From NCBI GenBank assembly GCA_955652835.1, contig CATPBO010000139.1:1-57290 (forward strand): 57,290 nt of DNA. The letters are read 5' to 3'. The stretch comes from Candidatus Dormiibacterota bacterium. GTDB lineage: Bacteria > Chloroflexota > Dormibacteria > Dormibacterales > Dormibacteraceae. A program made the position numbers and the translations under genes. Positions 54,263 to 57,290 of this stretch are shown one piece after another; position 1 is the stretch's first letter, and every line of letters starts with the position of its first letter. Below the pieces are notes generated by a model. The model worked only from the letters and a program-made list of their open reading frames with translations, was not told where the DNA came from and did not search any database.

Positions 54263-56800
54263 ATGGCCGGTACTTTTGACGTCGTGGTGATCGGTGGCGG
54301 ACCTGGTGGATACGTGGCCGCGCTACGTGCGGCCCAGCTCGGGGCTAAGACGGCGATCGTCGAGAAGGACCGGTTTGGCGGCACCTGCCTGGTTCGTGGC
54401 TGCATCCCGACCAAGGCCCTGCTGCAGTCCGCCGAGCTCTTGATCCTGGCCAAAGCGGGTGGCCCGTTCGGCGTGGTTTCAGAGCATGTCGGCTTCGACT
54501 GGGGCGCGGCCCAAAAGCGAAAGTCAGGCGTGGTCGATCAGCTGGTCAAGGGCGTCGAAGGCCTGCTCAAGGCTGGCGGCGTGACGCAGGTTCGCGGCCC
54601 GGCGGTGCTGGCCGCGAACGGCGTGGTCGACGTCGCCGGCGATCGCCTCCAGGCGAAAGACATCATCATCGCCACCGGCTCGGCCGTGGCGCGGATTCCA
54701 CTGAAAGGCGCGGAGCACACGATCGACTCCGACCAGATCCTCGAGCTGAAGGAGATTCCGCGCCGCCTGGCCGTCATCGGCGGCGGCGTGGTCGGCATGG
54801 AGTTCGCAGCCATGTTCGCCGCGCTCGGCAGCAAGGTCACGGTGTTCGAGATGCTGCCGCAGGTCCTGCCGATGGTGGACGCCGACCTGGTCGCCGTCTA
54901 CACCAAGCACCTCGCGGGCCTCGGCGGCGAGGTTCACACCAACGCCAAAGTCGAGGAGATCGCCAAGAACAAGGGCGGCCTGCAGGTCCGCTTCTCATCA
55001 GGGGGCGAGGGTGGTTCGTTCGACGCCGATCAGGTGCTGCTTGCCGTCGGCCGCGTGCCCTACACGCAGGGACTGGAGGCAGAGAAGGCCGGCGTCAAGC
55101 TCGAGCGCGGCCGCGTCGTGGTCGACGAGCACCTCCGCACCAGCGCGCAGGGCATCTGGGCGATCGGGGATGTGATCGGCGGCATCATGCTTGCGCACGT
55201 CGCGTCATACGAGGGCGTATGCGCTGTCGAAAACATCGCAGGCCACGGCGACCGAACTCCTGACTATCACGCAGCGCCGAACTGCATCTACACCGACCCG
55301 GAGATCGCACACGTCGGGCTCGGTGAGAAGGACGCGAAGGAGAAAGGGCTCGAGGTCAAGATCGGTCGCTTCCCCTTCGCCGCTTCGGGGCGAGCGCTCA
55401 CGCTGGGACAGTCCGAGGGCTTCGTGAAGGTAATCGCTGACGCGAGCTCGGGGCGGCTGCTCGGCGCGCACATCATCGGACCACGGGCCACCGACCTGAT
55501 CGCCGAGGCGACGCTGGCGGTGCAGAACGGGCTCACCCTCGAGCAGATCGACCTGACGATCCACGCGCACCCGACGCTGCCCGAATCGCTGATGGAAGCG
55601 GCGCTCGCCGCGCAGGGGCGGGCAATCCACATTCCAAACAAGCGCACGACTGCGGCCGCCCCAGCTGCGTCGGTCCACATGACAAATGGGGAAGCGGTGC
55701 AGGCGCAAAATCGAGAGCAGCAGATGACAGCCACCGTCAAGCCACCTGCGACGACTCCCCCACCCCCCACCGCGATCACGCCCAAGTCGCTCGAGCTGAA
55801 CAAGCAAAACCGTGACTTCCTGCTGCGCCTCCACCGCCAGATGCAGCTCATCCGGCGCTTCGAGGAGCGCGCGCAGGAGCAGTACACCAAGGCCAAGATC
55901 GGTGGCTACTGCCACCTGAACATCGGTGAGGAGGCAACCGTCGTCGGCGGAATCGTGCCCCTCAAGCCGAACGACTACATCTTCACGAGCTACCGCGAGC
56001 ACGGCCACGCCATCGCCCGCGGCATCGACCCGAAGGCTGTGATGGCCGAGCTGTTCGGCAAGGAGACCGGCACCTCGCACGGCCGTGGCGGCTCTATGCA
56101 CATGTTTGGCGCCGACCTTCGCTTCATGGGCGGCTACGGAATCGTCGGCGGCCACCTCCCCCTCGCCGTCGGTGGCGGCTGGGCCGTCAAGTACCGCAAA
56201 GAGAAGGACGTCGTCTTCTGTATGTTCGGCGACGGTGCCACCAACATCGGTGCATTCCACGAGTCGCTCAACATGTCCAAGGTCTTCAAGCTCCCAGTGG
56301 TCTGGTTCTGCGTGAACAACCGGTACGGCATGGGCACGCCGGTCGAGGATGCCTCCGCAGTCGCGGACATCTACAAGAAGGCGTGCGCGTACGACATGGA
56401 GTCGATCCAGATCGACGGCATGAACCTGCGCGAGGTGATGCTGCGGACGAGCGAGATCGTTGAGAAGACCCGAGCGGATTCCGAGCCGAGGTTGATCGAA
56501 GCCCTGTGCTACAGGTTCAAGGGACACTCGGTGGTCGACCCCGACAAGTACCGCTCAGCCGAGGACAAGGAGAAGTTCCGCAAGGCCGACCCCATCGTCG
56601 CTTTCGAGCACGAGCTCGAGAAGAGCGGGCTCGCCGACGAGGAGTACTTCAAGAAGGTCCGGCAGGAGATCGACGCCGAGGTGCAGGAGATAATCCGCTT
56701 CGCCGACGAGAGCCCCGAACCCAAACCCGAGGACCTCTACAAGTACGTCTACGCCGCTGAGTGGGAAAACCGGCCCGAGCTCCGCGGAGACCCGCTCTGA
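54263..56800 (+). CDS. Fusion of dihydrolipoyl dehydrogenase (E3) with the 2-oxoacid (pyruvate/acetoin) dehydrogenase E1 alpha subunit
   Basis: Residues 1 to ~461 are E3: 'VVVIGGGPGGYVAALRAAQLG', the redox-active 'GGTCLVRGCIPTK', 'HAHPTLPE', ending 'GRAIHIPNKR'. A Pro/Thr/Ala linker follows. E1-alpha then has 'YREHGHAIARG', 'GRGGSMH' and the TPP motif 'GDGATNIGAFHESLNMSKVFKLPVVWFCVNNRYGMGT'. No stop codon lies between the two halves. Confidence 0.85.
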   Translation: MAGTFDVVVIGGGPGGYVAALRAAQLGAKTAIVEKDRFGGTCLVRGCIPTKALLQSAELLILAKAGGPFGVVSEHVGFDWGAAQKRKSGVVDQLVKGVEGLLKAGGVTQVRGPAVLAANGVVDVAGDRLQAKDIIIATGSAVARIPLKGAEHTIDSDQILELKEIPRRLAVIGGGVVGMEFAAMFAALGSKVTVFEMLPQVLPMVDADLVAVYTKHLAGLGGEVHTNAKVEEIAKNKGGLQVRFSSGGEGGSFDADQVLLAVGRVPYTQGLEAEKAGVKLERGRVVVDEHLRTSAQGIWAIGDVIGGIMLAHVASYEGVCAVENIAGHGDRTPDYHAAPNCIYTDPEIAHVGLGEKDAKEKGLEVKIGRFPFAASGRALTLGQSEGFVKVIADASSGRLLGAHIIGPRATDLIAEATLAVQNGLTLEQIDLTIHAHPTLPESLMEAALAAQGRAIHIPNKRTTAAAPAASVHMTNGEAVQAQNREQQMTATVKPPATTPPPPTAITPKSLELNKQNRDFLLRLHRQMQLIRRFEERAQEQYTKAKIGGYCHLNIGEEATVVGGIVPLKPNDYIFTSYREHGHAIARGIDPKAVMAELFGKETGTSHGRGGSMHMFGADLRFMGGYGIVGGHLPLAVGGGWAVKYRKEKDVVFCMFGDGATNIGAFHESLNMSKVFKLPVVWFCVNNRYGMGTPVEDASAVADIYKKACAYDMESIQIDGMNLREVMLRTSEIVEKTRADSEPRLIEALCYRFKGHSVVDPDKYRSAEDKEKFRKADPIVAFEHELEKSGLADEEYFKKVRQEIDAEVQEIIRFADESPEPKPEDLYKYVYAAEWENRPELRGDPL

Positions 56801-57290
56801 TGGCGACGCGCGTCGCCGCTCCAACCGACGAGAAGCTCTACCGCGTAGCGTTGCGTGAAGCGCTCACCGAGGAAATGGAGCGCGATGAGAACGTTTATCT
56901 CATTGGCGAGGACATAGGAACGTTCGGCGGTGCATACCGCGTCACCGAGGGCCTCCTCGAAAAGTTTGGGCCGCAGCGCGTGGTTGACGCGCCCATCGCC
57001 GAGGAGGGCTTCGTCGGCGCGGCGATCGGCTCCGCGATGCTCGGACTGCGCCCTGTCGTCGAGCTGATGACGATCAACTTCTCGCTGGTCGCGTACGACC
57101 AGATCGTCAACAACGCAGCCAAGATCCGCTACATGTTCGGCGGCGAAGCCAAGGTGCCACTTGTGATCCGCATGCCGGGCGGCGCGGGACATCAGCTCTC
57201 AGCCCAGCACTCACACAGCCTCGAGGTGATCTACGGACTCATCCCAGGACTGCTGGTCGTCGCCCCGACGACACCTGAGGACGCAAAGGG
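56800..57290 (+). CDS. pdhB: 2-oxoacid dehydrogenase E1 beta subunit, 5' part (runs off the window)
   Basis: ATG 56800 overlaps the previous stop (TGATG). The frame is open to the window end and is absent from the ORF track. 'ALREALTEEMERDENVYLIGEDIGTFGGAYRVTEGLLEKFGPQRVVDAPIAEEGFVG'. Confidence 0.85.
   Translation, partial: MATRVAAPTDEKLYRVALREALTEEMERDENVYLIGEDIGTFGGAYRVTEGLLEKFGPQRVVDAPIAEEGFVGAAIGSAMLGLRPVVELMTINFSLVAYDQIVNNAAKIRYMFGGEAKVPLVIRMPGGAGHQLSAQHSHSLEVIYGLIPGLLVVAPTTPEDAK

Overview
High-GC bacterial chromosomal segment. I saw no rRNA, tRNA, CRISPR array or transposase. All functional calls come from reading the translated ORFs and the DNA by eye; no similarity or HMM search was possible, and many start codons are uncertain by a few codons.

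- **1 to 31.7 kb:** an almost entirely plus-strand housekeeping block. It holds an FAD-linked oxidase, a lipid kinase, GGT, rpsO-pnp, dapB-asd-dapA, family-4 UDG, RNase J, ftsK, a rodZ-like gene, a pgsA::cinA fusion, recA-recX, rny-ymdB-spoVS, miaB, mutS-mutL, miaA, dapL, hflX, and lexA with a divergent LysM gene. The gene order is collinear with the Bacillus subtilis rpsO to lexA/yneA region as I recall it.
- **31.7 to 37.7 kb:** the only accessory-looking patch. It contains two tandem stand-alone H-NOX genes, a LexA-box-controlled orphan gene, mntP, a stand-alone YADD reverse transcriptase, and four hypothetical (mostly membrane) proteins. The reverse transcriptase is preceded by a structured non-coding region bounded by inverted repeats.
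- **37.7 to 45.3 kb:** a minus-strand acyl-CoA operon with a fused AccD-AccA carboxyltransferase, two family-III CoA-transferases, a crotonase, an acyl-CoA dehydrogenase and a TetR regulator. A FadR-type GntR regulator sits next to it and is divergent from a Liv-type ABC transporter (45.4 to 50.2 kb).
- **50.2 kb to the end:** a TIGR00300-family gene, pyrF, nadE, and a PDH-type cluster whose first gene is an Lpd::E1-alpha fusion. pdhB runs off the 3' edge.

**Best candidate for a new system:** the orphan reverse transcriptase, its upstream RNA element and the divergent small protein (34.1 to 36.0 kb). About 2 kb away lies an uncharacterised gene whose promoter has the same LexA-box-in-spacer architecture as recA and the yneA-like gene.

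**Also notable:**
- a dispersed ~43-nt palindromic intergenic repeat family that supplies coding sequence to two genes;
- two genes whose essential N-terminal motifs lie upstream of any canonical start codon;
- several gene fusions.
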